Shown: positions 12,001 to 25,542 of the stretch, piece after piece | How positions within the stretch are numbered: position 1 is the stretch's first letter | Layout: each line of letters begins with the position of its first letter | Origin: Convolutriloba macropyga | Taxonomy: Eukaryota | Direction of reading: 5' to 3' | NCBI RefSeq assembly: GCF_964194025.1 | Contig: NC_134477.1 | Location: 31,806,001-31,870,000, forward strand | DNA length: 64,000 nucleotides | Program-made: the position numbers and the translations under genes | Notes under the pieces: generated by a model | What the model saw: the letters and a program-made list of their open reading frames with translations, nothing else | The model's database searches: none | What the model was told of the DNA's origin: nothing

Positions 12001-15000
12001 ATCATCAGGTAACATTGAAAGAAGAAGATAAGCAGCTCACAGCCTTTGAAGTTGGTCTCCGGAAACGGACGCCTCAGGGTAAGCCATTGATTCATGAATA
12101 TCCCGAAATAGCAGCTAATAGCATCATCTTTTGGAAACTTTATCGCAGTATGAGCGGAATCATTCAGCTGCGGAAAAAATGCCTTAGCCATTTTTGAATC
12201 TTTCAGAAAGTATCAGACTTTACTGAGGACATTTCCGATTAATGTGACGACCGATCAAAAGAGCATCGCAATTATATTTTTGCAGCAAAAAGGAAAAAAT
12301 GAACAAGAAGCCCCTCCAGTGGCGAAACGAACTTGCTGAATATCGCCTAAGTACTGAGTGCCTATCATCAAGTACCATTGAAAGAAAAAGATAACCAGCT
12401 CAAAGCCCTTGAAGTTTGGGGAAATTTTACGAACTAAATCGTCTTTCTTTTGGCGTAACTAACGCATTACCTGCGTTTCAAAGAAATATAGACAATTTCG
12501 TTGAACTAACAAGCTAAAAAGGACGTACTCTTACTTTGATGATAAAAAATTTGGCGGAAGATCCAAAATAGAGCAAGACTAGAACGTTAAAGTTTTTGTT
12601 TTCGCTGCCGAAAAAGAAGAAATCATCACCTTTAAAATTTCGATTCTGTCAAAAGCAACTTTCTATGCTAGGCCTCATTGTTTCAGAAATTCCTAAGCGC
12701 TCAGACCCAGAGAGACTGAGTGATATGAAGGAGTATCAAGTTCCGAGAAAATTGAAAGCATTACATCTTTTAATTTGAAATTTTGCGTATAATGCAGAAG
12801 GGGTCCCGCAATACTCAAGCAGAATACAGCAGCTCTTAGAAGCTCAAAATCATGGAGCTTTTCCGTTGAGTTCCACTGTCATTTCTCGTATCAACGACAT
12901 CAAGTCGCAGACCGCTTATGTTTGATTAACCTGGTCCCGCGCAGATGCTGTTCATTTGCTTCTGGAAAGTGACGCTATTGTGTACGCCATTGGCTCATGA
13001 TTATCTCGAAATTGTAGACAATAGCCTATTTTTTGCGAGCATTATCGCAGTATGAGCGGAATCATTCAGCTGCGGAAAAATGCCTTAGCCATTTTTAGAT
13101 CTTTCAGAAAGTATCAGACTTTACAGAGGACATTTCCGATTAATGTGACGACCGATCAAAAGAGCATCGCAATTATATTTTTGCAGCAAAAAGGAAAAAA
13201 TGAACAAGAAGCCCCTCCAGTGGCGAAACGAACTTGCTGAATATCGCCTAAGTACTGAGTGCCTATCATCAAGTACCATTGAAAGAAAAAGATAACCAGC
13301 TCAAAGCCCTTGAAGTTTGGGGAAATTTTACGAACTAAATCGTCTTTCTTTTGGCGTAACTAACGCATTACCTGCGTTTCAAAGAAATATAGACAATTTC
13401 GTTGAACTAACAAGCTAAAAAGGACGTACTCTTACTTTGATGATAACAAATTTGGCGGAAGATCCAAAATAGAGCAAGACTAGAACGTTAAAGTTTTTGT
13501 TTTCGCTGCCGAAAAAGAAGAAATCATCACCTTTAAAATTTCGATTCTGTCAAAAGCAACTTTCTATGCTAGGCCTCATTGTTTCAGAAATTCCTAAGCG
13601 CTCAGACCCAGAGAGACTGAGTGATATGAAGGAGTATCAAGTTCCGATAAAATTGAAAGCATTACATCTTTTAATTTGAAATTTTGCGTATAATGCAGAA
13701 GGGGTCCCGCAATACTCAAGCAGAATACAGCAGCTCTTAGAAACTCAAAATCATGGAGCTTTTCCGTTGAGTTCCACTGTCATTTCTCGTATCAACGACA
13801 TCAAGTCGCAGACCGCTTATGTTTGATTAACCTGGTCCCGCGCAGATGCTGTTCATTTGCTTCTGGAAAGTGACGCTATTGTGTACGCCATTGGCTCATG
13901 ATTATCTCGAAATTGTAGACAATAGCCTATTTTTTGCGAGCATTATCGCAGTGTGAGCGGAATCATTCTGCTACGGAAAAGGAAACTTTCGCCATTATTG
14001 AATCATTCAGAAAGGGTTCCACTTTGTTGAGGACATTTCCGGTTACAGTGAAGATTGATCAAAAGAGCATCGCATAAATATTTTTCTGCAGCAAAAATGA
14101 AAAAACAACAACAAGCTCCTCCGCTGGCGAATCGGTTTTGCTGAATATCGCTCTAGTATTGAATACAGATCTGGATGCAAAAATAAAGGTGTTGATGCGC
14201 AGATTAAATCTTCGTTTTCTCTCTGCACGATAAATTAGCACATCCTGGAGTGATTAGATTTTGGCACTACATCAAATCTAAGGACTTAACGCTCACTTTT
14301 GTGGACGTATAGCAAGTTATTGCCACATGCGACACCTATCGGCGATAAAAGCCCATATTTTACAAGCCTTGCCGGCCTTGTCATATTATTTACGCCTTAA
14401 AACTGTTTGACAGGATATCCATTGATCTAGTTCGTTCCAAGATTCCGTCCTTCAAGACAAGTAACGTCTATTTGCTCACGTTATAGACGATAACAGTCGA
14501 TTTCCTTTTGACTTCAGCATTAAGTATATTACAGCAACAGTGGAGGTTAACTAGAGTCGCATGTGTGCAGTGTTTTCTTCTCAGAAAGGGGACACGCCGA
14601 GTACCGTACATCGCTGTACAAACCTCAAGGTAACGGTTAAAACGAACGTTCCAATGGAGTTAATTGGAAGGCTGTTAGCTGTGTTTTGGATTCCAGTAAA
14701 CTTCCACAGAATAACTAAGAAACATTTTTTGGAGAGGCACTTTCTTCAATTAGAGGGCTGCTTTGTACCAGCACAAACCCCTCACTTGCCATTTTTGCAA
14801 TTCCCACGGAATTTCTTTGATTGGTTGTTGAAAGGCAATACAGCGTACCCGAGAAATTTTGTATGAAGGAAATCTGATCCTCTCGTAGAAGCTGTAAAAA
14901 TAACAGACGTTACTAGCGAAAATGTCGTTCAAGACTGACATCTTAGTGGACGGGAAAGCATTGTCTCTGCTCGAGACTTATCACGGTCTCCAGAATGTTA

Positions 15001-15690
15001 TTCAGACACTGCACTGAATGAGCAGCAAGCTGTTGTTTCTAAAGAAACTAAGAACACATCAAACTCACAGAACAAAACCATCACAGTGCAATTGTTAATG
15101 TCATCACAGTGCAAGAATGTCAATGTTTTCATGGCGAAGCGCCCGTAGTTCCAAAAGTGCTGGAGAAAGCACCACAGAAAACTTATAATCCAATGGCACA
15201 TCCAGAATTGGAAAAAAACGACGTGGACGCCTGAGAAACAGAGCGACGTGTTACGTTGGATTTTGAAATGCGAGGGCTGAATTCAATGATAATTGGGCGC
15301 CTTCTATTGTATTGTAATCNNNNNNNNNNNNNNNNNNNNNNNNNNNNNNNNNNNNNNNNNNNNNNNNNNNNNNNNNNNNNNNNNNNNNNNNNNNNNNNNN
15401 NNNNNNNNNNNNNNNNNNNNNNNNNNNNNNNNNNNNNNNNNNNNNNNNNNNNNNNNNNNNNNNNNNNNNNNNNNNNNNNNNNNNNNNNNNNNNNNNNNNN
15501 NNNNNNNNNNNNNNNNNNNNNNNNNNNNNNNNNNNNNNNNNNNNNNNNNNNNNNNNNNNNNNNNNNNNNNNNNNNNNNNNNNNNNNNNNNNNNNNNNNNN
15601 NNNNNNNNNNNNNNNNNNNNNNNNGTATTTTTTTAGATGTTGATTAAAAGCATACAATAAGCAGGTTTTCTTCTAAGCAACGCGACAGCC
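9036..15690 (+). mobile_element. Decayed Ty3/Gypsy LTR retrotransposon with internal pol duplications
   Basis: Gag at 9397-10020, protease ALIDPGST (~10170), RT SPWRAQAFVV..RMVIDYS, LPFGVTN and YLDD (10930-10941), RNase H and integrase (HPGVIRFWHYIK) in Gypsy order. LTR-like matching ends (tgaa..atgataattg; agatg.tga.taaaa..caataa..gcaac.cgaca) lie at 9036-9290 and 15277-15690, both interrupted by gaps. Confidence 0.88.
12140..13968 (+). repeat. ~901-bp near-identical tandem duplication of the RT-RNase H segment
   Basis: ORFs 12596 and 13497 are identical but for one residue, at a constant offset of 901-902. Confidence 0.95.
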
Positions 15691-16189
15691 CGTAAGTCAG
15701 CATGTTAGTTGTTAGTGTTTATTTGGTTGTTGTGGATTTTCAGGTTGTCCTGAGGAAATTTCTTGCTCTTGTTTGTTTAGAAACGTGACCACTGATCTTG
15801 GCATACGTGGCAATCACATGCCAGCTGCCAAGAACACACATTTTGCTTTGAGAAATTCCTTTAATGATTTTTCATAAGCTTTATAATTTAGGTTTTTAGA
15901 CCGATCGGATTCAAAAAATCCGCTTCGGTTCCAATAATATCAAAATTCCGGCTCATTCGGTAGAAGAACTCATGTCGAACTCTTTCGGTCGGTTCTGGCC
16001 TTTTGGAGCTTAGTGAATAGAGTTTTTGTTTTTTCTGCGTCACGCGAATTAGGAATGGGGAACGAGTAGATCTTTTGCTGCAGTAAAATCTCAAAGAAAA
16101 ATAGCCTGTTTGCTCAAAGATACCCAGAGAGAGTCAGTGAATCTACTCGTAACAGAAGCTCCTCGTAGTTAGGATTGCAATTGTTTGTT

Positions 16190-16450
16190 ATTCACTTCGG
16201 TATTCTCTCTTGAAACCCATATCGTTTCTGCAAGTTCAATATAGACACGTGAATGAACTGGACCCCATGCGTCAAAATCGGCAGTAGCAACAATTTGTAG
16301 AGACACATTTTGACTATTTCGTTCAAATTGTTCAACAGTTCTCTTCTCAAGTAGTTCGTTGGTCTTTTTAATTGATTTTTTAAATGCTCAGACCAGGTTA
16401 GCGAAGTATTGATAACTACACCAAGGTCTGTTTGTGATTTTTGTGGCAAT
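16190..16450 (-). mobile_element. LINE reverse transcriptase C-terminal fragment
   Basis: QTDLGVVINTSLTWSEHLK...LYKLLLLPILTHG matches the LG..D..L.W..H and LY..LxxPIL.YG RT-thumb region. Confidence 0.75.
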
Positions 16451-17269
16451 CACGCGCGTTTGATGTGCGTATAATAGATCAGTGCAGTGTGCCCAAAAAC
16501 TCATGGCTCTTAAATCGTTACATATAAAACAAAGAAAGCCATTGCTCTACACCCAGGACAAGTACCGTAGCCAGGGGTTGACATTGAAATACTAGTCATC
16601 ATTCGTCATAATTCGAAAGTTAAACTCTATTGAATCAAAAAACTGAAATGTTCCAAAACGTAACCGAAACTTTGGAAAGTCCCCAAGAACTTCAAAAATC
16701 TAAATTCAGTGATCTCGAATAAAAGATTAAAAACTTCAGAAACTTTAGCCAATAAACACTATTCCGAAAACCTTCTATTGAGTGTCTTCTTAATTATTTG
16801 AACTTAAATCCTTTTCATTGTTGCACTTTGCGTGATTATGCTAGAAAAAGCAAAAACATTTGTTTTGTAAATGGAATAACATTAATTTGCATTTTACAAA
16901 AAACAATTTAATTGAACTAGATTTTTAACAACTAATTTATTTTCTTTTGGTGAAATTAGATTTTCTATCTTTTGAGTGAACTAAGTGTCACCTGTTTGAT
17001 TTAACTAAGGTGTAACTGAAATGTTGAGATAAAATTTCTGTCAAAGTTTTTTATACGGCAGCGGCAGGAGAAGTGTCAGGCTGTTCCTACATTATTTTGC
17101 ATTAGACGGGATTCAGAATTCCGCAAACTGCTGGGTTATATTTTTGGAGCTCAAAACAAAGTACATCTTTTTGGCAGTCTATTTTGTCTGATTTAACACT
17201 GATTTGAATTTTGAATTGAATAATTTCAAATACAATTAAGTAACTATTCGATGCACAGAGTGACTATAC

Positions 17270-17962
17270 AACAAACTAGACAACAAACTTGGTGTTTCGA
17301 TAGACAACAAACTAGACTTTGACAAGCATATCAGCATATCATGAGCAAGGTTAAAACAGCCAATGGAATCATTGCCCTAACAAAAAAGTGCTTCTCCAAC
17401 ATCACAGTGGAGATTTTCAGCGCTATATACAAGTCAGTCAGTTTATCGCATTTCGAATCTTGAAATCAAATTTGGTGCCCGCACTTGAGAAAACATATCA
17501 ACCTGATCGAAAATGTCGAAACTAGAGTCACAAAATTATTCAACCTTTTGAGAGAACTGGAAAATGAATCAAGACTAAGGATACTGAATTTTCCAACCCT
17601 TGCTTACAGACGGAAAAGAGGCACCATTTTAGAAATGTACACGCTAACAAACCAGTTTTACGATAGCAGTTCAAGTGAAAGATTATTTGAGCCTAACGCC
17701 AGAATCTCAACTGCAAACCAAAAGAAGGCGATGCTGAAAAATTAAAGTATCGAAAGCAGACGGAACTTCTTCACTGTGCGAGCGGCTAAAGACTGTAACA
17801 ATCCGCCAGAAGAGGTTACGTCTAGCACCAGTCTAGATATCTTCAAAAGAAGACTTATACAGGTACTGGGCTGACCTCCATACAATCATTTGAGATGTGG
17901 AATGGCACGATGGAGCTGGGCCTAGACGCCTGACGACCAGAAAACCTGACCAGACCTGACTA
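17270..17962 (+). mobile_element. 5'-truncated CR1-type LINE (RT C-terminus and 3' end)
   Basis: LGVSIDNKLDFDKHI, IWCPHLRKHINLIENV..RLRILNFPTLAYRRKRG, RRNFFTVR; short (acctg)-like terminal repeats at 17930-17960. Confidence 0.85.
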
Positions 17963-18989
17963 ATTTTTGCGTTTTGATTTTCGTTACAAAATTTGTATGT
18001 CGTTGTTGTTTTTTGTGACCCCCAATTACAAATTGTTGTTGTTGTTGTTGATGGGGATTTTCTTTACAGAATGGATTTCTCCCGATCAAAACAGTTATAA
18101 AAATTAGACCATGTCTCTCTGCAGTGTTGACAGTCACAACAGATCTGCCACGTGCAAACGTTTTCTGGTTTGTACCGCAGCATGATATCATTCCCCATTT
18201 GCTTTAGAACTCTGTGTTTTAAGCCGTGTTGATCTCCGAAGTCAATGCTGTGATGAAGTCTGTTGGCTATCCTCTGGGTGCGAAAGAAGAATTCGCCGCG
18301 AGATTTTTCGAGTCGTTTTTTCGTTAATTGTGTTGTTATATATCACGTTACTATGTAAAAATATTGCACTAGCACCTGGGGGTCATAAAAATTTTGCCAG
18401 TAAGCGGGGGGGGGGGCAAAACAAATAGATCCGTTCATTTTCTCATTCAATTGGGCCTGCTTATCGTGCATTTTTCCTTTCTATATAGATATCTTCAATT
18501 CATCAGTTAGCACTTAATTGAGCTTAAACTGGATTATTTTTTTGTGCAAGCGAATTGATCAAATAAAGTTTAATTGAGCTAAAATTGAATTTATCACCTC
18601 GTGCAAGCTTAGAGGTGAAAATTTGTAATCCGTTGGCCAAGTCATGCCCAAAACCAGCTAAGGAGGCAAACAACTATCACGGGGAAATAAAAATCTAAGA
18701 CATCAACAACAAATTTTTGAAATTAAAGTATTTTGTTCCGCTCTTGTTTTCCTTGATACGAGGCGCAGAGCCCTCTGCGAGATGCATTATAAAGCAACCA
18801 GCTGCAAAAATTCTTGAAAGAATACGACACTCGGACGCAAAAACATACATTTGGACGAACATAAGTTTCGCATTCCTTTCGCAGTTATCTATCTCGGAGG
18901 CTTCTGTGGTACTAAATGTGCAACTGAGGTTGATAATACGGGTCTTTCTCATTATACCCCCCATGAAAATATAGGCCCCCAGTATGTTA

Positions 18990-21900
18990 TTTTTTTTAAA
19001 CAAGTAAATTGAAAATATAACCCGGGGGTTAAATATCACAAGTTTAAAATTATATATACAAAATTAGTACAATGTTAAAAATCAAAATTAGTGGTTCCGT
19101 TTTTTAAAGGTAAAAATAACTTTTGAAGCCACCAACGTTCCTTTCCAACGGTACAAGTTTGAATTGTTGGAGCAGATGCCTTTTTAACATGCGTTTAAAC
19201 TTTGAGCGTGATCTGATAGTCCGGATTTCACGCGGAAGTTTATTCCATTTTTGGATGCTTCTTTTTTGTAATGATCGACTGCTCGACCTTAGGAGAATTA
19301 GCTGTTCAGATCTGTTTTTTTCTTACTAAGACATTACCACTCAGAGAAAAACTCTCAGTGTCTCAGTGCCATCTGATTTCAATAATGAAATATCATTCCT
19401 AAGTTTTGAAACGCTCATATGGCTTATTAAAAGTTCTGCAGGCAAAGTGTTAGATTTTACTGAGAGATCTGTAGATCTCTCAAACTTTTTTCTCATATAG
19501 CAAACTTTAATTCCCCAATTGATTTGTCGATTAATTCGCTGCATTGCAGAGAATTTCAAGTTTTGAAAAAATAGAGCACTGAACGTTAAATGAGAGAGGA
19601 CTAGGGATTTGAATAGCGTCAATCGTGCTTTCAGAGGCAACCGATAACGTATAAGATATATGGATCTAATCAATGTGGCCATATTTGACAGGACTTTGTT
19701 GAGTTGTAAATGAAACTTTAATTTAGAATCAATCATTATACCCAAGTATCTGCAGTGACTTTGTGGCTTAATTTCTTGTCCCCGTTAAACTATTGGATTA
19801 AAATTTTCATTTTCTTTCGAGACGCAAAGATTTTCAGTTTTACCGGTATTCATGGTTAATTGGTTTTCCTTTAGATAATTATCTGTTTTCTCCAGTATTT
19901 CAGAAACAGATTTTTCCAGTTCGCTGCCATTGTTTCTGCTAAAATGGAAACATGTGTCATCAGCAAATTGAATTATGTCGAAGTTTCCTTGTACCTTTTC
20001 TCGAAAATCATTAAAGTAGAGAAGAAAAACTAAAACTGTTACCTGTGGAACACCATGATTTGTTTCCAACCGTTTTGAGTAAACATCATTTATCTTAATA
20101 CACTGCTGTCTGTTTTTAAGAAATGAAGCAAATAAATCACTGCACATTCTGAAAAACCGTAAGCTTCAATCTTTTTGAGAAAAATTTCGTGCGATATTGA
20201 ATTAAATGCTTTAGCTAGATAAAAAAAAACAACAAATGAAATTTTTAGAGTTATCATAGTTTTCTTGTAATGCTTCGATTAAGTGTAAAACAGCATCTGT
20301 AGATGACTTATGTTTTTGAAATCCAAACTGTGTACCATTCAAGATTTTTTCTTTTTGCATAAATTCGTTAACCTGATTGAGAAGTATACGCTCAAAGAGT
20401 TTTGCAAACATAGGAGTAAATGAGATAGGCCTATAATTCTCACAAATTTTCACATCCCGTTTTTTGAAGACCGGACTAATGAAAGCAATTTTAAAGTTTT
20501 CCGGGAAAATATTCTGAATAATGCATGTGTTAAAAACAAACTGCAAATGGGTTCCAATTGCATAATTTACTGCCTTGATTGCCCAAGAATTTAAAACGCC
20601 TGGACCCGGAGACTTATTGTTGCCGAGTGAATCAATGGCATCATAGAGTTCCTTTTGTGTAACTGTTCTGAAGCAAAACTTTTCCCTAACTTCTATGCGA
20701 GAAACATTTGGAGCGCTCACATATTGTCCATTGTTTAAGCCTAATTTTTGAAAACTTTTATTGAGACAATTTGCAATATCAAGTTCATTTTCTAATTCTC
20801 TTCCACCATCGACTAGTTTGTCTTTCCCTTTGAGACACTCCCTTTCTTTGCCAGTTCTTTTTTTGATGAAACTCCATTGTTCTTTACTTGTTCGTAGATC
20901 TTTGAAAAATTGTTTGCAAAACTCGTTTTGGGCTGTTTTTAAACGTCTATTAACCCAATTTCTCTGATATTTGAAAATGGTATGCACTTGCTCCGATGGG
21001 TTCTTTTTCTAGTATTAAAAAGTCTATGTTTTTTCGTGATTTCTTCTCTCAGCTCTTTTGTTAGCCAAAGTTTTTCAGCAATTTTTCTTTTTGTTGAAAA
21101 CTTTTTATAAGTGGGGCGTTTAACTCTAGAGTAGCACTGCAAACGTTTATGAAAACATTGTACATGCTATTTCCATCTTCACATTGATATAAGTTACTCC
21201 AGTCCTGATTTGAAAGATCGAGACTAAATTATTTGCATCGAACTTTCTTTTGTTTCTACTGATAAAGCTTTGCTTCCTGTTTTTAGGTTAAACAAAAAAA
21301 TTGGTAGTATACAAAACAATCAAGTGATCCATTTCAACTGATGGGGAAAAAATCTGAACATCTTGAATTTGGTTTTTGCTGGAAAGCCCATGATCAATTA
21401 GTGTTACGTCTTGGCTGGTGGCTCGTGTTGGTTTTTCTGTGTTTGACAAGGTAAATCCTGAATTACTGGCAAACTCATCCAATAAAGTGGATTCTCTTTT
21501 GTTTAAATAATTGAGATTATAATCGCCAAAAAGCCAAACTTCGTCAGTGATTGAGTACGCCGAGGAAGTCTCTGATGTTAATTCGTCAATGAAAAAGTTT
21601 CCTAAAATTTTATTTGGACAATAAGAAGCATTAATTAGGATTTTGTTCACCAATAGTCCAGATATTTCTACCCATAAGGACTCAAAAAAGCTTTCATTGA
21701 ATACATTTAGATCATTTCGCTGTTTTGAAGATATGTCTCTAGGAACCCAGATGGCAACACCCCCACCCTTATTTACTCCTGTCTTTGATGACCTTGATTT
21801 TAAATAAAGTTTGTGCTTCGGACTCAAAAAACTCTCCGGATGAACATCTGTTTCGTTCAACCAAGTTTCAGTTAGGATCACTATTGTGTTTTGAGTCAAA

Positions 21901-22950
21901 CTTGTCAAAAAGTCAGTGAAAAAGTCATATTTGTTTTTTAAACTGCGTGCATTGAAGAGACAAATGCTTAGATTTTTGCAATCTTTTGTAACTATGTCTA
22001 TCAGCATGTCCGATTCACGAATCTGAGAAAAGGGACCCGGATTTAGATGAATATCACCACTTAGGAGCAAGCGCATGAAGTGTAAAAGAACTATTTTGCA
22101 CATATTCAAAAATCGAAAAAAGTGGAACCTAATTTTCACTTTATAATTATCATGATTTTGGTTGTGTGACATAACCGAATATATAAACTTTTCATTTGAG
22201 GTGCTAAGTAAAAAAGCAAAAACTATTAGTTTGGAAATGATCATTTTTGCTGACAAAAACCTTAAGTCACTCAACCAAAGGACTGATTAAAAACGCTGAA
22301 TTTGTCGCAGTGCAATGTTGTTTTGTGACACAGTAATATTATGCTGTTGATAATAGTTCAGATTACTCTTGACAATTTTTTGTACTCCAGCCAAATTTAA
22401 ATGAACACCATCATTAGATATTTCGGATGTTGTAATGTTGCATTTCAAAACCTCTACTTTTGTCCATTTAAATGTTCCGTTTAACTCTAAAGCTATATTT
22501 CCCAGTTTGCTTATTGAACTCTACAATTTCTATATTATTCGATTCACGCCCTTAATGGCCATTTTTAACTTGTGGAATTTCAGAAAGTAGAACTATATTG
22601 TGACCCATTAAGTTTTCCAATAGCGAACTGTTCTGATCCCGTAAATATCCGACTTCCGATTGGAATTGATCAATCATTCGACACTGGTACGCGTTTGCAT
22701 TATCTTTCAATTCTATCTGCTGCTTTTGTTTTTCAATGACATGGTTTTGTTCTGAAATCGTTTGAGCTTGTTTGTCGATTAATTGTTTCTGTTCTTGTAC
22801 GATTTCGTTTTTATGCTTTAACTGTTTTCGCATGTCCTCGATGGTGTTTGTAAGTCTTGAAAGTTCATTACTCAATTCAGTTTTAGTTCGCTGAGGCATT
22901 TTTAATCAAAACTTTGGTTGGATTTCGATTTACGCAGCAAATTGCATTTA
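18990..22950 (-). mobile_element. Near-full-length CR1/L2-group LINE, frameshifted
   Basis: ORF1 has a coiled coil (22552-22899) and the SGNH-esterase motif NDGVHLN (~22400). ORF2 has an APE endonuclease (NARSL, LTETWL, GGGVA, GDYN, LIDH, MDH; 21288-22274) and RT (YRPIS, QFGF, GVPQ, QFADD; 19341-20987). Confidence 0.93.
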
Positions 22951-23676
22951 CCAACTGTTCTGCTCTTTGACTTCTGCTGGGGTTATAGGTTATCTGACCA
23001 CTAAGCTGGGGGGCTATAATGGGAAAGACTCGATAGCAAATAGTGTTGCTGTAAGGGAGAGGAGGCTAGATACCCTATTAGTGTAGTCACATTTCAAACT
23101 TGTGGCGCGGCTCCTAGAACCTATCATATTGGTTTAAGTTCAAAATATAATATTGAAATACGCTGCCATGATGTTTCGTAGTGGGGTTTCTCTGTTCCGT
23201 CCATTGGGTGGATTATAACCCGTTTTTCCTTTTTCTATACAAGCTATGTTAAATGGGGTGTCTTGATCAGTATGAATTTCGCGATCGAAAATTTAGTTCC
23301 GATGATGACTATTTGAAAGTCTTGGAATTCATAGCTATTACTACTTTTATAACTTAATTTCAAATTATTTGGATTATTTGTTAGTAATTGCGGTTGACTC
23401 TATGTCCGTAATATTGGTAATCGAGCTTGGTATTTGAAACGTCAGGTTCTAATTGCCTCAATCGAGAGTTTGCTTTTATTGAACTGGCATTTGAGCTGCT
23501 GTTTAAAGTCCGTATACAGGTCAAAAACTATGTACATTCTCTATTGTTGCCCTTTAACGTCGTTGGGCGTGTTGGTAAACAGCAAATTGACCGGCTATCA
23601 GTACCACTTGAATAGATCTCTTGAATGGTTTGGTTTCTGATTTAAAAATTGAAATTTTCAGTTAAGTTATGAATTA

Positions 23677-25542
23677 ATGGATGTTGTATCAGCTGCTTCC
23701 ATTGGAACATCTCTCGTTGCAGGTGTTTCAGTTTTCATGTTTTTCCGTCGATTCAATATTTGGTATCAATTGTTTCACAAAACCGAAAAGCGCAGTGTTA
23801 AAAATGGTGGTTCTTTGGTCGCTCAGGTTTTGAAAGCTCATGATGTTGACACAATTTTCACTTTGCCCGGTGGTCATATATCACCAATATCTGTGGCATG
23901 CGAGAAGCTTGGAATCAAAGTAGTCGACACCCGGCATGAGGTCACAGCTGCTTTTGCTGCCGATGCTTACGCTAGAATAGGTCGAGGCATCGGAGTGGTT
24001 GCTGTTACAGCTGGACCTGGCCTAACAAATGTTGTTACTGCTTTGAAGAATGCCCAGATGGCGGAATCTCCTGTTTTACTGCTTGGTGGAGCGGCTGCAA
24101 CCATCCTTAAAGGCCGAGGTGCGTTACAAGACATTGATCAGATGTCATTGTTTAAGCCGGTTTGCAAATACTGTGTATCTATCAGAAAAGTAAGAGATAT
24201 CATTCCAACGTTGAAACATGCTATAAAAATTGCTCAATCAGGAGTTCCAGCCCCAGTTTTTGTTGAACTTCCTATCGACACACTGTATTCATATGAGGCA
24301 ATTAGCAAAGAGATTGGTGTCAAGCCAAATGCCAGAGGCTTAATTCAGAAGATTGTTAACTTATACTTGAATACTTACCTAAATAATTTGTTCTGTGGTG
24401 CGTTTGAAATTCGTGACTGCGAGCCACTGAAAATTGACATTCCAAAAGCCACCGATGCAGATGTTCAAGCTTCCGCCAAATTACTCTCGCGAGCTAAGAA
24501 ACCCGTATTTCTTATCGGCAGCCAGGCAATTATACCGCCGTGCCCTTTGCAAAACACTATCGTTGCCCTGGAATCCTTTGGAGTTCCCTGCTTTCTAAGT
24601 GGAATGGCTCGTGGATTGCTGGGCAGAAATAATCCGATCCATATTAGACAGAACAGGTCACAGGTACTGAAAGAAGCCGACTTAATAGTTCTTGCCGGTA
24701 CTGTGTGTGACTTCCGGTTGAGCTATGGAAGGTCTATTGGGAAGCAAGCTAAAGTAATATCTATCAACAGAGGGAAAGACTTAATGAAACTAAATAGTGA
24801 CATGTTCTGGAAACCTGAGATTGGAATAGTTGGGGATTCTGCAGATTTCATTGGACGGTTACACGCTGCGCTACCAGGTTACAAAGCTGACCATGCATGG
24901 GCGACAGATTTAAAACTCAGGGAAAAAGAAAAGGAAGATAAACATGTTGAGAAAGGTAAACTGGATGTCGACAGGTATCTCAATCCTCTACACGTGCTTC
25001 ACAAGGTTGAAGAGACTCTGAGCGATAACGCTATTTTGGTAGCCGATGGCGGGGACTTCGTTGCTACTGCTTCCTACATTCTGAGACCCCGAGGTCCGCT
25101 ACAGTGGCTAGATCCTGGACCCTTCGGGACCCTGGGAGTTGGAGCTGGTTTTGCGATCGGCGCAAAAGCTGCTAACCCCGATTCCGAAATCTGGATTATA
25201 TACGGAGACGGCTCATTGGGTTACTCGATAATCGAATATGATACTTACAGACGATTCAAAATTCCTGTTCTCTCAATTGTGGGTAACGATGCTTGCTGGA
25301 CGCAGATTGCCCGAGAGCAATTTCCAATGTTGGGAAGCAACGTTGGATGCATGTTGGAATTCTCTTCATATGAGAAAGTGGCAGAAGGATTTGGCGCGAA
25401 GGGCGTTCTTCTTCAAAGTAAAGAAGAAGATATCGGGGGAGCGATAGAACAGTGTAAGGCCAGTTTGCAGGACGGGAAATCTGCGCTCATCAATTGTCTC
25501 ATAGGCAAAACCGACTTCAGAGAAGGATCTATCTCGGTTTAG
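23677..25542 (+). CDS. ILVBL: ILVBL / 2-hydroxyacyl-CoA lyase 2 (acetolactate synthase-like, TPP-dependent), 621 aa, uninterrupted ORF
   Basis: N-terminal hydrophobic anchor, [28 protein letters not shown] (catalytic Glu), [25 protein letters not shown] motif GDG..GND, and C-terminal [11 protein letters not shown] typical of animal ILVBL. An acceptor-like ttttcag ends at 23661, just upstream of the ATG. Confidence 0.96.
   Translation: MDVVSAASIGTSLVAGVSVFMFFRRFNIWYQLFHKTEKRSVKNGGSLVAQVLKAHDVDTIFTLPGGHISPISVACEKLGIKVVDTRHEVTAAFAADAYARIGRGIGVVAVTAGPGLTNVVTALKNAQMAESPVLLLGGAAATILKGRGALQDIDQMSLFKPVCKYCVSIRKVRDIIPTLKHAIKIAQSGVPAPVFVELPIDTLYSYEAISKEIGVKPNARGLIQKIVNLYLNTYLNNLFCGAFEIRDCEPLKIDIPKATDADVQASAKLLSRAKKPVFLIGSQAIIPPCPLQNTIVALESFGVPCFLSGMARGLLGRNNPIHIRQNRSQVLKEADLIVLAGTVCDFRLSYGRSIGKQAKVISINRGKDLMKLNSDMFWKPEIGIVGDSADFIGRLHAALPGYKADHAWATDLKLREKEKEDKHVEKGKLDVDRYLNPLHVLHKVEETLSDNAILVADGGDFVATASYILRPRGPLQWLDPGPFGTLGVGAGFAIGAKAANPDSEIWIIYGDGSLGYSIIEYDTYRRFKIPVLSIVGNDACWTQIAREQFPMLGSNVGCMLEFSSYEKVAEGFGAKGVLLQSKEEDIGGAIEQCKASLQDGKSALINCLIGKTDFREGSISV

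Noticed and set aside
18695-19039. Overlapping ORFs 18695-19039 (-) and 18717-18974 (+)
   Set aside because: No recognisable motifs or splice context; they lie in repeat debris beside a LINE tail.
23677-25542. Bacterial acetolactate synthase (ilvB) acquired by horizontal transfer
   Set aside because: The N-terminal membrane anchor, GGHISPI and the DFREGSISV terminus match the animal ILVBL/HACL2 family.
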